Of a stretch of 64,000 nt of DNA, positions 13,743-28,236 are shown one piece after another. Positions within the stretch are counted from its first letter, which is position 1. Each line of letters starts with the position of its first letter. The notes beneath the pieces are model-generated. The model made no database searches and was not told where the DNA came from. It worked only from the letters and a program-made list of their open reading frames with translations. The translations under genes and the position numbers were made by a program. The stretch is from assembly GCA_002633005.1 (NCBI GenBank), contig NMRA01000079.1, forward strand, positions 742,077 through 806,076. The letters are read 5' to 3'. This DNA comes from Phoronis australis (lineage: Eukaryota; Animalia; Phoronida).

Positions 13743-16700
13743 GCAGCTTTGCACAAGCATTAACTTTTAGTTCCTTCTATAACTTAGCACAAGTTAAATG
13801 AAAATAGCCCTTCAAGGGTAATTTTGCAGGAACTTAATGACAAGACCGTGGGTTTAGCCAAATATCTACAAAACCATATTAAGTAAAAAGCTGCAAGAGT
13901 GTGTTGATTGTTTCATCAAGCTACCAGTTATTGGGTCATGTGGCCATGTAGTTTTTAGTAAAACTTAATATAAAGGAATGGACCATTTTGGGCTTGGAGG
14001 GGATAACATTAGTGGAACTGTGGCTTAGAATATTGGGGATGGATGTATTACCACGAGTGCCATTCAACTTTGACATAGGCCTTTGGAAATTACCAAGCAA
14101 AGTCAGTGAAAGAAGTTCCTTGTGGACCCTACTCTTAGCCATTATGCTCCAGTTGGTATGTGTACGTATACACAGCTTAACAAAGGGTTTATAGTCCTGC
14201 TTGAGAAGATAAATGTTTTACTACCCCCTACGGGTTTTGAATAGCCAAACCCAGAATACAGTGATAACAAAATAATGATATCAATAACAGGATGGAATTT
14301 TATTTAAAATTCAAATACTCAAGGTGATATCTCAAAACCACTTCTACAACTTCATTTTAATCTGATGCAACTTACATTTTTTCATGAAACTCCCAACAGT
14401 CCTATTTTTGATAGCCCTCAAGCAAAAATGGAAAATTATAAAAAAATACTAATGGCCTTTTGCATTAAGCATTATAATATAGTAAAGTATGACATGAATA
14501 GGACCAGCCATCTCTCAGATATCATGTTCTGAAGACCATCAAACAGGACACGACATGATCTTCGCCACATCCTGGTACTGATTTTTATCAGCACATTTGT
14601 TGGAAGGGTTTATCACACTAAAAGGGTTTTTCAAGACAGGTTTTATATACGTAACAAGTGACCTAGTTTTGAATTTGTGTTAGATGGCTCAAGAAAAGGA
14701 AATGCATTTTTAATTAATACTTTAATTATCAGCACAACTGTTGTTGACCAAGGCAACAGGATTGGATGATCATTAAGCAAGATTACTTGTATATCATTTC
14801 TTAGTCCAACTGAAGATGGCTGGAGATGAAACATACAATGTTTTTCTACAGCTCAATGCCAACTCTAAGGATAACATCATTAAAGTGTCAACTGATCTGA
14901 CCATTACAAGCTGTAGCAGGTTGATATCATGAAGTTGTGTCTTTATCTGGTGTGCATTAGTGCTTGTATTTACAGTACTGGGCTTGTAATAACAATGATG
15001 CCATACCTACACTGGTCATGTGATCTGGCGACCTCTGCAGACAGCATGAAGCACAGGGACATGGAAAATAAGCCTCATCAGTGAGGCAGGAAATGTGGTA
15101 AATTATGATGGAGGAGTGAACACAGATATTTTATACAGCTGAGCTGAGAAGCAGGATACGAATACTGCAAAAGGTCCCGGTTCGGCTAGAAATCTTTTTA
15201 GACCCATCTTCATTACGTCACGTAATGTGCCACAGGTTGTGTGCTTACCAGACTTGTTGCCACACACATTCCAAGAAGTACATGTTTGTAAACAACTTGT
15301 ATATTCAGCAGATGTTTCTTTTTTGACTATTTACCCTGACAAAAAGGCATCCCCACTGACCTTCACCTTATGTAAGCGTCCATACTTCAATCTCAAAAAT
15401 TCTTGTTTTTAAGCACACTCTTGGTTCAATGCCCAACTCAAATACTTTTGTACTTCTAATTCCAGTCCCTGGGTATTAACTTGGATGCATGCATTCATTC
15501 TGTGACAAATTTCACCTTTGAAAAGGCTTTTAATTTTTTAGCAAGTCGGTGCCTTTCTAGTATTCATTTTCAAGACTAGCGAAATGTTGTAACTGTGTAA
15601 CTGTTGTGCTGTACATTTTACATTCAATTGTCCAAGCTTGAAAAATCAGTTATAACATTGAAATTTTCTAACTTTTTTGCTGGGTCAACCCAAGTGCAAT
15701 GAGTTTTGGGAAATGCCCGTCACCAATTTTAGACTGATGTCAAATCTTCTCTCTTTTATTCAACCCATTGTAGCATTACTTGATCCTAACCCTAAGCATT
15801 TTGAAGACAGTGTAAAGAGAATGCAAACGGTACATTGACCCCACAGGGACAAAAACTCCATAAACATTCTTATGATAAAGTAGGTTACCTTTAAATTTCA
15901 ACACCTTGTAAAAAAGCTTAGAATGTGTGGAATTGGGTCAGATATGAGATGGTCTCCTTGGATTATCAAGTAGTTGTACTAATGGCTGGTCTAGTGTAAT
16001 CTCTGCTGCAGCCTACACATTCTGGAACATGAGAGTAGTTACAGTACACACTATTAGGGGCTTGTCAGACCATTCACATTGGAACTTAGTTACAACCCTG
16101 GTGAATGAATTTTGTTGCTAAATCACTAGTTCAATGGGAATTTGAAATTGACGCCATGTCCCAATTAAAGCAAGGACAGCAATCATCTGAAAAGCTGCCA
16201 ACATGTTTTTATTGAAATTGGCTAATTTTGAAGTAAAAATTTATCAAAGAATTTCGGCTAATTTTCAAGCGACTTAAAAAGTGCTCTTTTTGTTCGACTT
16301 TCATCTTGGTTTCTGCCATGACTTTGGTAAAGCCAGACAGATTTCAGCGAAATACGCCAAGTTATTGGAAAACTGGTGAATGAATGCACAAATGGTAAAT
16401 GTATACAACTCGTTTGCGTACAAATGTAATGAATTAACGATCTATTTAATTCCAAGAACTTGTCTGGACGACAAAGCTTAAAGTAATACTACAGAAACCT
16501 TCTTATCCGAACAAAAATAATTGCGGAAATTGATTTTGTTTATTTTTCATTGAGTTCACCACTGTTGCAAATGCCAACAATTTCCTATGAAAACCTACAT
16601 GTTTAATGTTAGTTAGGGTGAAGAACTTACAATAAGAGCATAAATGGATTTTGTGCAACTGACCTTTCATGTTAAAAAAAACTCACTTGTAAGCCATATA

Positions 16701-18580
16701 CTTGTGCCCTAAATTAATGAGATTTTGCCACAGCTACTGAAGGTTTCAAGAGGAAGCTCAGAACAGATATTGATTTTTTGTAGTCTGTGAAACAAGGGAA
16801 GGCTTGGAATGAATTCATGAATGTGTGAAAACACTCTCTGAGCAAAAGCAGCTGAGGCAAAATGAAACAAGTACATTAACACCAATACAGAACACTCTTT
16901 AGCTGTGGCAAGATCATAGAATTTGTTTCCAAGTGGTCAAAGTTCATCATTCTGCTTAGGATACTTGAAAGTTAGAAAAGACAGCTATCCAGGGATTACA
17001 CCTCCCGACAGGGTAGTGACGCCCCAAGTGACCTGTGGGTACTTTATCAATGCGGCGCTCATTTAAAATTGGAAGTGACGATCCTCAATCACAGTGAGTG
17101 AGAGTTGCAGCTCTGACAGCATAGCAGTAAAACTTCCCTGCTATTGAAGAGTTGAGTACACCAATGAGGTAGCGAAAGTCGTATAAAGCGAGACACCAAA
17201 AAATAAGAAGAAAAACCCCAATGGAAAAAGTGCTTGGTGGATATTATAGCATTGTGGGTAAACAGTGAGAGTCAAGTGTCAAAGGGTAGTTCAGGAAGGT
17301 CATGTTAAACAATTAAAATGTCAATAGTAGAGTGATAAATGTTAGAACAGAATCGTAAATAATAACAAAACCAGTCTGATTATTGAAAGTGATGCAGGTT
17401 ATTTCCACTTCAATCTATTAGAGCAGATTTAAGACTTCACATCCACTGACACACCCAAAACCATAACTTCAACCCAAGTCAACATTGATGTGAAACCTCT
17501 CATAGAAAAGGACCAGTTCATAAAGCATTAAAATTAGAAAACACAATTTAAAAACAACCAGGTATTTATTATGTAAGCAATATGACCACATACCTTCAAA
17601 CTAGGTAATTTACTTTGGTCCCAAATCTGACTTCACACACCCACTGTTTACAGATGGTATTCACGGATAATTACCATCCAACAATGAAATATTGATGAAG
17701 TCTGTGACTAAGTCAAAATGTTTCACAAGACACAAGCATGCATCAATACATGTTATTAATGGATGCACTGAAATCTAATTAGGCAGACTGCATAATCTAC
17801 AGAGCTCTACATCCATCTACTGTTAGAAGACAGGTGTATCTCAGGGCTACTGCCTGTTCTACATTACCCAGTTTGACCTAATTAATCAATACAGATTAAT
17901 ATCACTTTATCCAGAGGCAAAATGCAATAACGGAAAATTATAATTCTCAAGACATGAAAACAACTTTTCCTCAGCCATGATTGACTTTTTAAAGCTTCTG
18001 AGATATTTAGTGACCTCAAGATGGCGGCACATGTCATCAGGTGTTGCAGAAGCTTAAAAAAGTCAGCTGAGTGCCAATGCGATGTTCTTTTTAGTATCAC
18101 AAGTATGTCCAAGAAATAATTCAATTTTTCGATATTGGACTAAACGCTGACAAACTGACATAGCACATCAGTGAAATAGTGGCCAATGGTAATAGAAACA
18201 CAGGAACTAGGTAAAATGAATAGGTTCAAGGCTAAAATGGAATATCATAACATTATATGTTACTGAGCAAGCAAAATGGGGGTTGTAGAGCTGGCTCAAG
18301 TCAATAGGCTTAACTTGTTATACTTCACTGAGCCAAGGAACCGACATCACGCAATTGATTTGCAATTTACATGGGAACATTCAACAATAAAACACTCGAG
18401 TGTTGCGAGAGCACGGAAGTGTCATTCCCTTGACTGAATTTCTAATTGTGGTGTGCAAGACAAGTTGGTTTAAGGACAAAATTCAATTTCTTTCATTCAC
18501 AGACAATTTGTGAGAATCGTCTAATTGCCTACCTCACAACAGTGGCATTTACATGGTTGCAAAGGATAAAAAATAATGGG

Positions 18581-20739
18581 CAGGGCTCGACATAACGAGC
18601 TGCAGGTCGCATTTGCGACCTGAAATTTGGAAATGCGAGCTGAGATTTTTGTCAGCTCTTATCAAGTCGCAAAATGCGACCTGGAATTTCCAATGAATGC
18701 GAGCTGAGTTTTTACACTTCTCAACAGATACCTGGCAAAAACAAAGCAGCTCTTGTTAATCCGATCGTTATTTGGTTGTTGCCAAATCCAAGTTCACAGG
18801 AACACTAACCCAGAACAGCCCTCCCGATGACTTGTAAGCAAGTCGCGTGAGCATGGGATATGCAGAATCGATCTTTGACGCGTTTCATTGGCTAACACTT
18901 TCGGCCACTTTTGTAAATTCCCGGATTCGCCGAAGAAAGTTTCAGGCCACTGCTTAACACGTGATAAAACTTCACAAAACAACTTTGTTTCTATTAATTC
19001 TTAAGCGATCAACTTACCAAACTTTGTGGTGGACAAAAATGTTTATTTTTGACAGAAGATGTCCTTATTACATGTACCAAATATCCACGACAATATCCCT
19101 GATATGGCACTGCGGCACCGTTAGCGCGCACGCGGTCCCGGCAGACAATCGTGACTTAGACTGAGATGTGCTTCTCATTTTTATCGTATTAAGACAGCCA
19201 AAGTGAAAATGACAACCTTATTAATTGCCAAACGACGGTCGCGTCTTTACTTTCAGTTACCAAGAAATTCTCAAATCCTTTACTTGTTTCTGGGGCTACG
19301 TGCACAAAATATGATTCGTCTTTCACACGCTGTTGCCAACGTAAAGTGTAGGCCTACTCCAGCGATTCAAGTGCGTGAACTCACGCGTGCGCACAACTTC
19401 AAAGAACAGCGACAGTCCTAAATGAAAGAGTATACCGGCTTGGCTCTAGTTTATTTGAAATTGAACTCAGATTCCCAGCGGTTTAAAGACCCGATGTCCC
19501 GGGACCAATATAACCCAGAACTGATGTTTTCCTGTCACGATGTTTCCCGAGGTCGATGTTCTGTAAACCCTGAATTCTATGCCCGTAGCCAGCTATTGCA
19601 ACTAAACTGGCACTAGATGCGAAATTGTGGTTCAAGTTAGTGAACTTTTCATTCTTCTCTTTATACAACCCCCCCCCCGGCAAGTTTTCGCTCCCCGAAC
19701 CACTGTCGCCGTAAAATGTTCAGACTCCTATAGAAACAACCTTGTTCCGGCTGAAGCGGGCAGTTAAAAACAAAATCATTCCGAGTGGCTAAAAAGGATA
19801 CAATTTAGGTGGTAACAATATCCAGAAAGTCACCCCTATGCTAGATGGAGTTTGCCTCGCAAAATCTTATTATTATAACGTTTGTTACCATTGCAGCGTT
19901 TTAATATCTTATTACCGCAAACACTGAGGTTAACGACTATGCTCACGCACAAGCCTACTCCCTACCTTTAAAGTGTTTCATAATAAGCGCTCACTGATNN
20001 NNNNNNNNNNNNNNNNNNNNNNNNNNNNNNNNNNNNNNNNNNNNNNNNNNNNNNNNNNNNNNNNNNNNNNNNNNNNNNNNNNNNNNNNNNNNNNNNNNNN
20101 NNNNNNNNNNNNNNNNNNNNNNNNNNNNNNNNNNNNNNNNNNNNNNNNNNNNNNNNNNNNNNNNNNNNNNNNNNNNNNNNNNNNNNNNNNNNNNNNNNNN
20201 NNNNNNNNNNNNNNNNNNNNNNNNNNNNNNNNNNNNNNNNNNNNNNNNNNNNNNNNNNNNNNNNNNNNNNNNNNNNNNNNNNNNNNNNNNNNNNNNNNNN
20301 NNNNNNNNNNNNNNNNNNNNNNNNNNNNNNNNNNNNNNNNNNNNNNNNNNNNNNNNNNNNNNNNNNNNNNNNNNNNNNNNNNNNNNNNNNNNNNNNNNNN
20401 NNNNNNNNNNNNNNNNNNNNNNNNNNNNNNNNNNNNNNNNNNNNNNNNNNNNNNNNNNNNNNNNNNNNNNNNNNNNNNNNNNNNNNNNNNNNNNNNNNNN
20501 NNNNNNNNNNNNNNNNNNNNNNNNNNNNNNNNNNNNNNNNNNNNNNNNNNNNNNNNNNNNNNNNNNNNNNNNNNNNNNNNNNNNNNNNNNNNNNNNNNNN
20601 NNNNNNNNNNNNNNNNAAAATGGCGGGAAAATTTTGCGACCTGGCATTTACGAATGCGAGCTGGATTTTGAAAATGCGACCTGGGATTTTGGCTAGGTCG
20701 CAAAATGCGACCTGGCGATTTTAAAAGCGTCGAGCCCTG
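18581..20739. mobile_element. Non-autonomous hAT-like DNA transposon (spans an N-gap)
   Basis: 11-bp perfect TIR cagggctcgac / gtcgagccctg; multiple subterminal tgcgacctg/tgcgagctg repeats at both ends; flanks atggg / acggg. Confidence 0.8.
19999..20616. other. Assembly gap
   Basis: Run of N. Confidence 1.
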
Positions 20740-20758
20740 ACGGGCAATCTTACTTTAA

Positions 20759-21265
20759 AGGACCTTTCATACTAACAGTGATGCGTTGAGGTTTTGGAGA
20801 GTTATGGTCAGTATGAATGGTTATCTTCAGTCTTGGATCGAATTTAACAGCGCCAGTTAACTTCGCACCAAACAGGTGGATTTAAAAGCGGAGCGTCGAC
20901 GCTGCGGTGCAGTATGAATGGTCAACTTTGGTCCCATCAAAGTCATCGCCTGGTGCCACTGTTATCATCAACAATTAAAGGCAAGTGTCGTCTCTAATAG
21001 TTGCATACAATTGCTCAAATAATCATCATTCAAATTAAAAATAAGTTTAATGCCAATTAGCTTGTGTATTTGTTCCCAAATCGTCACCTTATAAAAAAAT
21101 TAGCGTTCAGTGCTACCTAGCGATTACTTCGCTGACAACAGTGTCACCTACCATTTACTTCGTTGTCCGTTAACTGCAGAAGCCGGTATGAACGGTTAAT
21201 TTAACTTCGCAGCTTATGTTGATGCTCCAGAGCTCAGACATGAGTTTAGTCATTATGAAAAGGCC
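20759..21265. mobile_element. ~500-bp MITE, PIF/Harbinger-like, copy 1
   Basis: Ends ggacctttcatac ... tatgaaaaggcc followed by taa. Colinear homologue at 27734-28236. Confidence 0.7.
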
Positions 21266-24200
21266 TAACAACTAATAAAAAAAACCTACAGGATAACAGC
21301 AGAGTGCTATCCATCAAGTGAGTTATACTATGTCAGTTCCATCATGCCAGCAATACTGAAATTTAAATCATCATATGTGTACAAAACTAAATTTCACCAA
21401 ATTGACGAACACTAGACACATCCATCAGCCAACTTGTACATTTACTTGGGCAGTCAGCTATGTATCCACTTGGACAAGTAAGGCCCACTTCTCAGCGCCT
21501 GAAATCCGACAAGTCGACATGCCTCTCTTGCAGGTTTTCAAATCGTTTGAAGTCTGACTATTGCCACTCACTTTGAAATCAGTAAAACATCATTACCTGT
21601 GACAAATGGCTAAATAACAAACTTAATGCAAATAGAGATTAGCATGGTATAGTGCCAAGTAAACGTGTGGCATTGATGGTTAAAATGTTACAGACTTAGG
21701 GAGGATGCTGGGATATTCCCAGGAAGTTGCTATTGATTCAAGGGACTTCAACATGACCTGATCACTATATCAGGGAAGCTTCTCATCCTATACAAGGCTA
21801 ATTCGTTTAAGCCAGAATAGTTCACTTCAAACTGTTCTAAAGCTGCAGTGAACCTTCCTGTAGAATGAAGCAAGTAATGCATGACATTCATGTTTTAATA
21901 ATGTAAAAGCAGTGGACTCCAGGATTGTTTTGTGTGATCAGATGGACTCATAGTTAATTTATGGTAATAGTGGTTGGTGAGGTATAGAATCCTGTTTCGA
22001 CTCCCAACTGAAAAATTGATCTGAGTTTGCAAGTAAAAATATTATGTATACTAGTAGCACTAGAGGCAGTCATTTACATGTGATGCTTAGGGTACTTGCC
22101 CACCCGAGGGGAAACATTTGTGTCTGGTCTTCTCTGGGAGGTGAATTTTTTGGTCGAGAAGAAATTCTCCCAAAATGCCACCAATTACAAGGGCTGTGAG
22201 TTAAAAGTGATTTTTTTCCTGGTTAAAAAAATTCAATCACTGGAGGAGAATTTTTGGGCCTGACGAGTGTATTGATGCGTAAATTTGAAATGAAAAGGAG
22301 CCGATGACCAACCTCAAAACCAAGGCACTGTGGAGCCTGAACGCACTTGCATGCATGACAATTGTTGAAAAAGATCATTGCATATTGATAAGTGAGTTGT
22401 TGTAGGCTGAATAAAATATTAATAGGGAGTCCTGGTGAGCCTTTCACTCTAGACTGTGAACACATCATACTGTATCACACATCCATACTTTACTCCCTTA
22501 TGTAATGTACCCAGCCCACAGAATGTTTATCACCTTACAAAAACAAGCATGGACATAGAAAAAACAAGTCTGACAATACTGCTGGTTGTGGTGTGTGGCA
22601 CACTGTATATATTGTGTTTACAGAGGGAACATTAATAAGTTGATCATAGTGTTTGCTCAGTCTATGGTCCTGTTTGCTTCCTAGTCTGGCACAACAGAGC
22701 AAAGCAGGTTAATCCCAATGGGGATTAAACATATCAAGTGGAAGTCAAAATGAAGTTGCTCACAGTGAATATGTATACTGTCCAGAGAATTGATCCGGGA
22801 ATGGTGAACAAGAATCCGCATTCCTGGTCAGAACAAAAAGTGAATATTATTTTCACTGAGGTGCTTTTTCAAATACCTTGAACATTGGTGTTCCAAGTTT
22901 AAGTAAACACAAACAAAAATGAAGTCTTACATTTTTGTTTGATGATGAATAAGAAAACTCAAAAATATGTCACTAGGGTATATTCTTGTACTTTGTGCTT
23001 TAAAAGAGAAGAAAAGGTAATTGTGCAAAAAGCATGGGTACTATCATATAACATACTGGTAAGAGATTCAAGAAATGGATATACAACCGGATGACGGGTC
23101 CACGACTTCAAATGCACCTTCTGTTAACACCTAGATTCTGTAGTTCACTGGACAAGTAATCAGAGGTTTAGACATGTACTAGTAGTTGAACCTACTGTAA
23201 ACTCCTGCAATTTGCTTTACCACTCAAACTCAGGTGTTAACAATGGCCACTGCTGTGTCAACTTGCCCTGTATCAGCCATGTTGACACAATTGTTGTCCC
23301 GTGTTAGATGTTCTGTAACAACTGTCTCCCATGTAAATGTGGCTTTTTATGAAAATAATGATTTCATAAAATTACTTAAACAATGGTGCATCCATGCGTT
23401 GAAATACAAGAATTGATTAGCATAATTTATGCACGGAGCTCCTCCTAGCCACTCTCCTGCTACAAGAATTGGACTTATGCCACTTGCAAATCAAAATATG
23501 AGTGCAAGCACAGATAACTGGTACAGAGACAAGGTCAATCTTCACTGACTCAGACATGACCTTGACCTCATGGTTTAAGACTTTCTCTGCCCTTGCCAGT
23601 CACCAGATTTGCAGGACATTTGACAGAGGACATGGCAGACTTACAATGGCACAATTCTCTATAATGACTGCCAGTAAAATGTTCCCAAGAAATAATAAAG
23701 AATAAGAACATGCTATTGAGATTATAATGAATATTAGCAGTAAAGGTTTGACGTACCACAGCATAAAACTGCTGTCGGGCAATCACATTCGTGCTCTTTT
23801 GTTAGCAACCAGAAGGAAACAATTTTACACCTTTAATTACTTCCGAATGTATATTTGTTTTAGACTTTTGTCATTATTTCAAAACATGGATGGAAAATCA
23901 GCATAATGTCCCTCTGCCAGCTGAGCATAGATACACCGTGTAATGGCGACTGGAAACCATTAGCTCATTTCTGAGCTATGTAAATTACCATTACAAGCAA
24001 CCGCAAAATCCTAAGTTCCATTTTCAATGATTCTTGCACAAAGTTTCTGAGTATAGAGACTTGAAAATTTAATGATACCTTCAAACATTTTCAGACAAGG
24101 TGCCTGTGGCAGCTTTTGTAGTTCTCTACCTTGTAAACAGACCAATGACAATGTACTTATCATTACCCAGCACTATGCACCATATCTGTTTACACCTTCC

Positions 24201-27200
24201 CTTAGTGGCGACATCAAATGTCCATCCTCACTGCCCCATTGCAATTAAAAAACGGGAGATTATACACTTGATAACAATAGCGCCAGGTGTGGTGCTTGAA
24301 GGACACATAGAAGCCATCTTGAAATACACATCGTGCATATCAACCAATGAACACAACATAGTAGTAGATCTTGAAGTCTTTGTCTGTTAGTGGATTTATT
24401 TGAACTGCTATTCCAGTACCTGTTGTATAAAGAACTAAACATCTTCCTCAAGAAAAGAAAAGTGTATTCATCAAGGCACCTCATACTACAAACACACATC
24501 ACAATGCAACAGGCAATGATTCTGAATTTGCCATCCAAGGAAGGAAAAAATTACAGGAAATTGACCTTTTGCCCCAATTTGTGATAAATACAGCACAAAT
24601 TTAGGGTCAAATTGGAACAGTTTCTAAAAATAAGGTTGTAAAACAGATTTGAAATTCATTAAAAAAATATTAGCACTTGATGACTTTTGACTGTTCAAAT
24701 CATAAATCAAAGGAAAAGTTGAATTGCTTACAACTGCAGACCCAACTCCCAGCCATTAAGAAACACGGCTCTGATGGCCAAGCAACATTGTGGACCCCCA
24801 CAGCACCCCACTGTGAGCACCTGCAGCATAAAATCAAACAAACCCTCATGCTGCCATCTCTGATACCAGTAGCCTGCAAGAGACAGGGATCAGATATTCC
24901 ACTCCACAGGGAATTGTGTCAGGAGTATATACCTCTCCTTACACATTCCTCAGATTCTGAGAATTTCAGCTTGGCAGATCAAATATAGGAGATTCAAGAG
25001 AATTTGGCAAGTATCCAAAGAAGGTAGCTTTTAAGTGAACAACAGTGCGTAAACATGAATCAGCAAAATTGTGCGGTGCATTTTGAAGAGTCAAGAATTC
25101 TATTCACAAAAAAGGAAAAAATGCAAAACCACCAGAGTATAAAACGTGAATTTACTCGTGTATGCTAGCACAATGGTGACCACTGAAACGGGAGACATTT
25201 GGAATGTTGAATTATGGGATAGAATTAACCATTCCATGAGCAGATTTCTTGCCACAAGTGATCCACAAGTCTCTTGCATCTGTAGACAGCAATCAACAAC
25301 CTCTCCAAGACTCAGGGTGGAGCTTTCCCAGGAAAAGTTGGTAAGGACAGGCTGTTTAGTATTTTCCTCTCTGTTTCTGTCTCACAAGTGTCCTTGCATG
25401 TATCTTGGCCTTGTGGACATCATACGTAGACTTTTTCTTTGGCTTGGCAAAATACAAAAAGTGGTAGCACCACTAGTGACATTAAGAGTTGTTTCCACAT
25501 CCTTTTACAACCTGACACTGTGTCAGGTACGCAGTAATCTGGTAGCCTTGATATGGCAGGTGACATCCCCTACTATACAAAAGAGAATGCTTGAGGGTTT
25601 GAGATGAACCCTGATCATGATAGGAAAATGTTGAAGAAAACACTGTTCAGTAATCTATGGCATTAAAGCACCAGATGAATAGGTTATGTTGTGTTTATCT
25701 TATTAAATAAGCCCTGCTAGCTCTCAAGCAGAAACAAAGACATTCCATTAGCAAGTTGGCAATACAGTAGATAAAGATGAGTTTTCAAGCCAGTCTGACT
25801 TATGACAAGCAGACTGCCCTAATTATCATATTATGATAAAACCAACTGACTCAGCAGCAGATGGGCTGAGAACACCACATACCATCTGGCATCAAGGACA
25901 GTCTCAGTTCATGTTGGGACAGTTGGGATACCGAAATTCAAGTCGAAACTGAACTGAAGCGATTCTGAAGATTGGGGGATGAATAGTTCTGGCTTACCAA
26001 AATAAAAATTTCTCAAATGTCAGACACTGCATTTTGTATCTCAATAAAGTCCGGAAATCATCCTGAATACTTAGTAGCCGCTGGATAAATATTTTCAAGC
26101 ATGCTCATTTAATACGAAGTTCATCTATTTCCGTATGACGTTATCATGTACAACACTACATGAAGTAACAGCAGCTTCTGAAACTATTTGGCAAGTTTTA
26201 ATATTTTTTAATAAATTTAAATACTTAGGCTATCCCTTCACACTCTGAGGTAATATGGATAGGCACTGTTACCTTGGCAATATCTCCATCGCATCTCCCA
26301 TTCAATGTATGAATTCAGAGTATGTCCTAAATCGCTGTGTGAAAGTCTTCAGTTGTTCCGACTTTCAAGGTAAGTTTGCTACAATTGGTTAAAAAGTGTG
26401 TTGCTTGGAAGTAAATTACCATCAAGAATGGTGAGAAGCTTTTGTACGTCTAAAAATTTTAAAATTCGCTGGTTGATCATTTGAATACGGCATGCTGAGT
26501 GAAGTTAGTGGTCAATAGTCACGGTGGAGGAAAGAAATTTAACCTTCAATGCAGACGCTTAAGGTTTTAGGCTATTGAGAAACAGTTTCAATTGCTTAAA
26601 ATTCAGTTAGAGAAAATGAAGGTCCGATTTGGCGGCAAAAATGTTTCTCAAGCTTAACTTATGTATACATTAAAACGACAAATGAAAAACGACGAGCATT
26701 GTACCGTACAAGTGTTTTCAGGTGTCCTCATAATGCTTAACACAAAGGTGAATGATCCCTTGTGACTCATCTTGTAATTTGTAAATTTGGAACGGTCAAT
26801 ATTGCCTATTCTAAAATTTGGTACATGTTCTGATCTTGAGCAAAATAATTTTTTACGTCTCTCCCAAACTGGAGAATTTTCCTTCCCTCATACTTCAGAG
26901 GAAACTTGTCATTTTTATACCATGCCATGAGTGTAATTACAAACTGGCTCCTAACACTTCCGATCATTTATGAAAGAGCTACTAGTTGAACCAACTGTTC
27001 AGTAAAAACTAAAGTTATGTCATCAAGTTTTACATCTACAAAAATGGCTAACATCCAAGTAAGATGAAATAAGAATCAATCTTCACTGAAAAAAAGATTG
27101 CCTTACTTCATATCTTCATTTTTACTACCATCACTGAATTAAATGAAAGCCTTCGACACTTGACATTACGTGAAATAGGAAGTCTCAAGGTAATAGTCAT

Positions 27201-27733
27201 GTTACCTAAACAGCACCCAATTATCTTATAATATTCTGCAATATTTTCCAATTTGTGTTTCCCAGTAGGCTCACATGTCTGCAAGTGAAGCAATTTATAC
27301 TGTAATATATGGAAAAAAGAATACATTTGATTTAGCACATAGGTGAAGATATCGAATAAAAATCCAATAGCACTTTAGTATACTCACTTATAGATGGTTG
27401 GGGACCCGTTTAAACAATATGGCCGACATGAGATCATAAAAGGCAAGTAGTACCGAATAAAAACTCAATTTTAAGATCCATGTTATAGCTGCCACCAGGA
27501 ATTGTTTTTCAGAAGTTGCGGGTTATTCAGGAAAACATTAGAAGCCCAACTGATGATATTTTGTGGTATTGAAAGGACGTGACGTAACAAGTAAAGTAAC
27601 CAATCACGCAACACCACCTGGCCACCGTGGTTTGGCAAACTGATCCCCATCACTTATTAAATTCTAATCATTTCATTTCTAATTTGGGAAATTTAATTAC
27701 CTTATAATAGCACCTTAATAACGTTATTTCTTC

Positions 27734-28236
27734 AGGGCCTTTCATACTAACGTCGACGCGTCAATGGTTTGGGGAGTTGCGGTCAGTATGAATGCTTAAC
27801 TTCGGTCCTGGATCGAAGTTAACAGCTCCAGTTAACATCGCAGTTAACAGGTGAATTTAACAGCATTGACGCTTCAGTGCAGTATGAATGGTCAACTTCG
27901 GTCCCATCGAAGTTATCTCTAGGTGCCACTGTTACCGTCAACAATTTAAGGATAGTGTAGTCGCTAATAGTTGTATATATTTTGCTCGAATAATAACCAA
28001 TTTATTTAAAAATAAGTTTTATATCAATTAGCACATGTAAATGTTCCCAAATTGTCACATTGAAAAATATCTTAAGAGTGCAGCGCTACCTTGCGATAAC
28101 TTTGATGATGACAGCGTTGCCTACCGTTTACTTCCATGTTCATTAACTACCGAAGCCATCATGAACGGCCCAGTTAACTTCGCCATTTACGTCGACGATC
28201 CGCTCAGACCGGAGTTAAGTCAATATGAAAGGGCCT
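27734..28236. mobile_element. ~500-bp MITE, PIF/Harbinger-like, copy 2
   Basis: Ends agggcctttcatac ... atatgaaagggcct. Shares ctttcatactaac, gtcagtatgaatg, gtgcagtatgaatggtcaactt and ggtgccactgtta with copy 1. Confidence 0.7.

Noticed and set aside
19973-20703. Long ORFs across N-gaps (also 45616-46626 and 52137-53251)
   Set aside because: Artefacts of translating N runs.
24100-25607. Cluster of 90-150 aa ORFs in futsch intron 1
   Set aside because: Several start at non-ATG codons; no motifs and no coherent splice structure.
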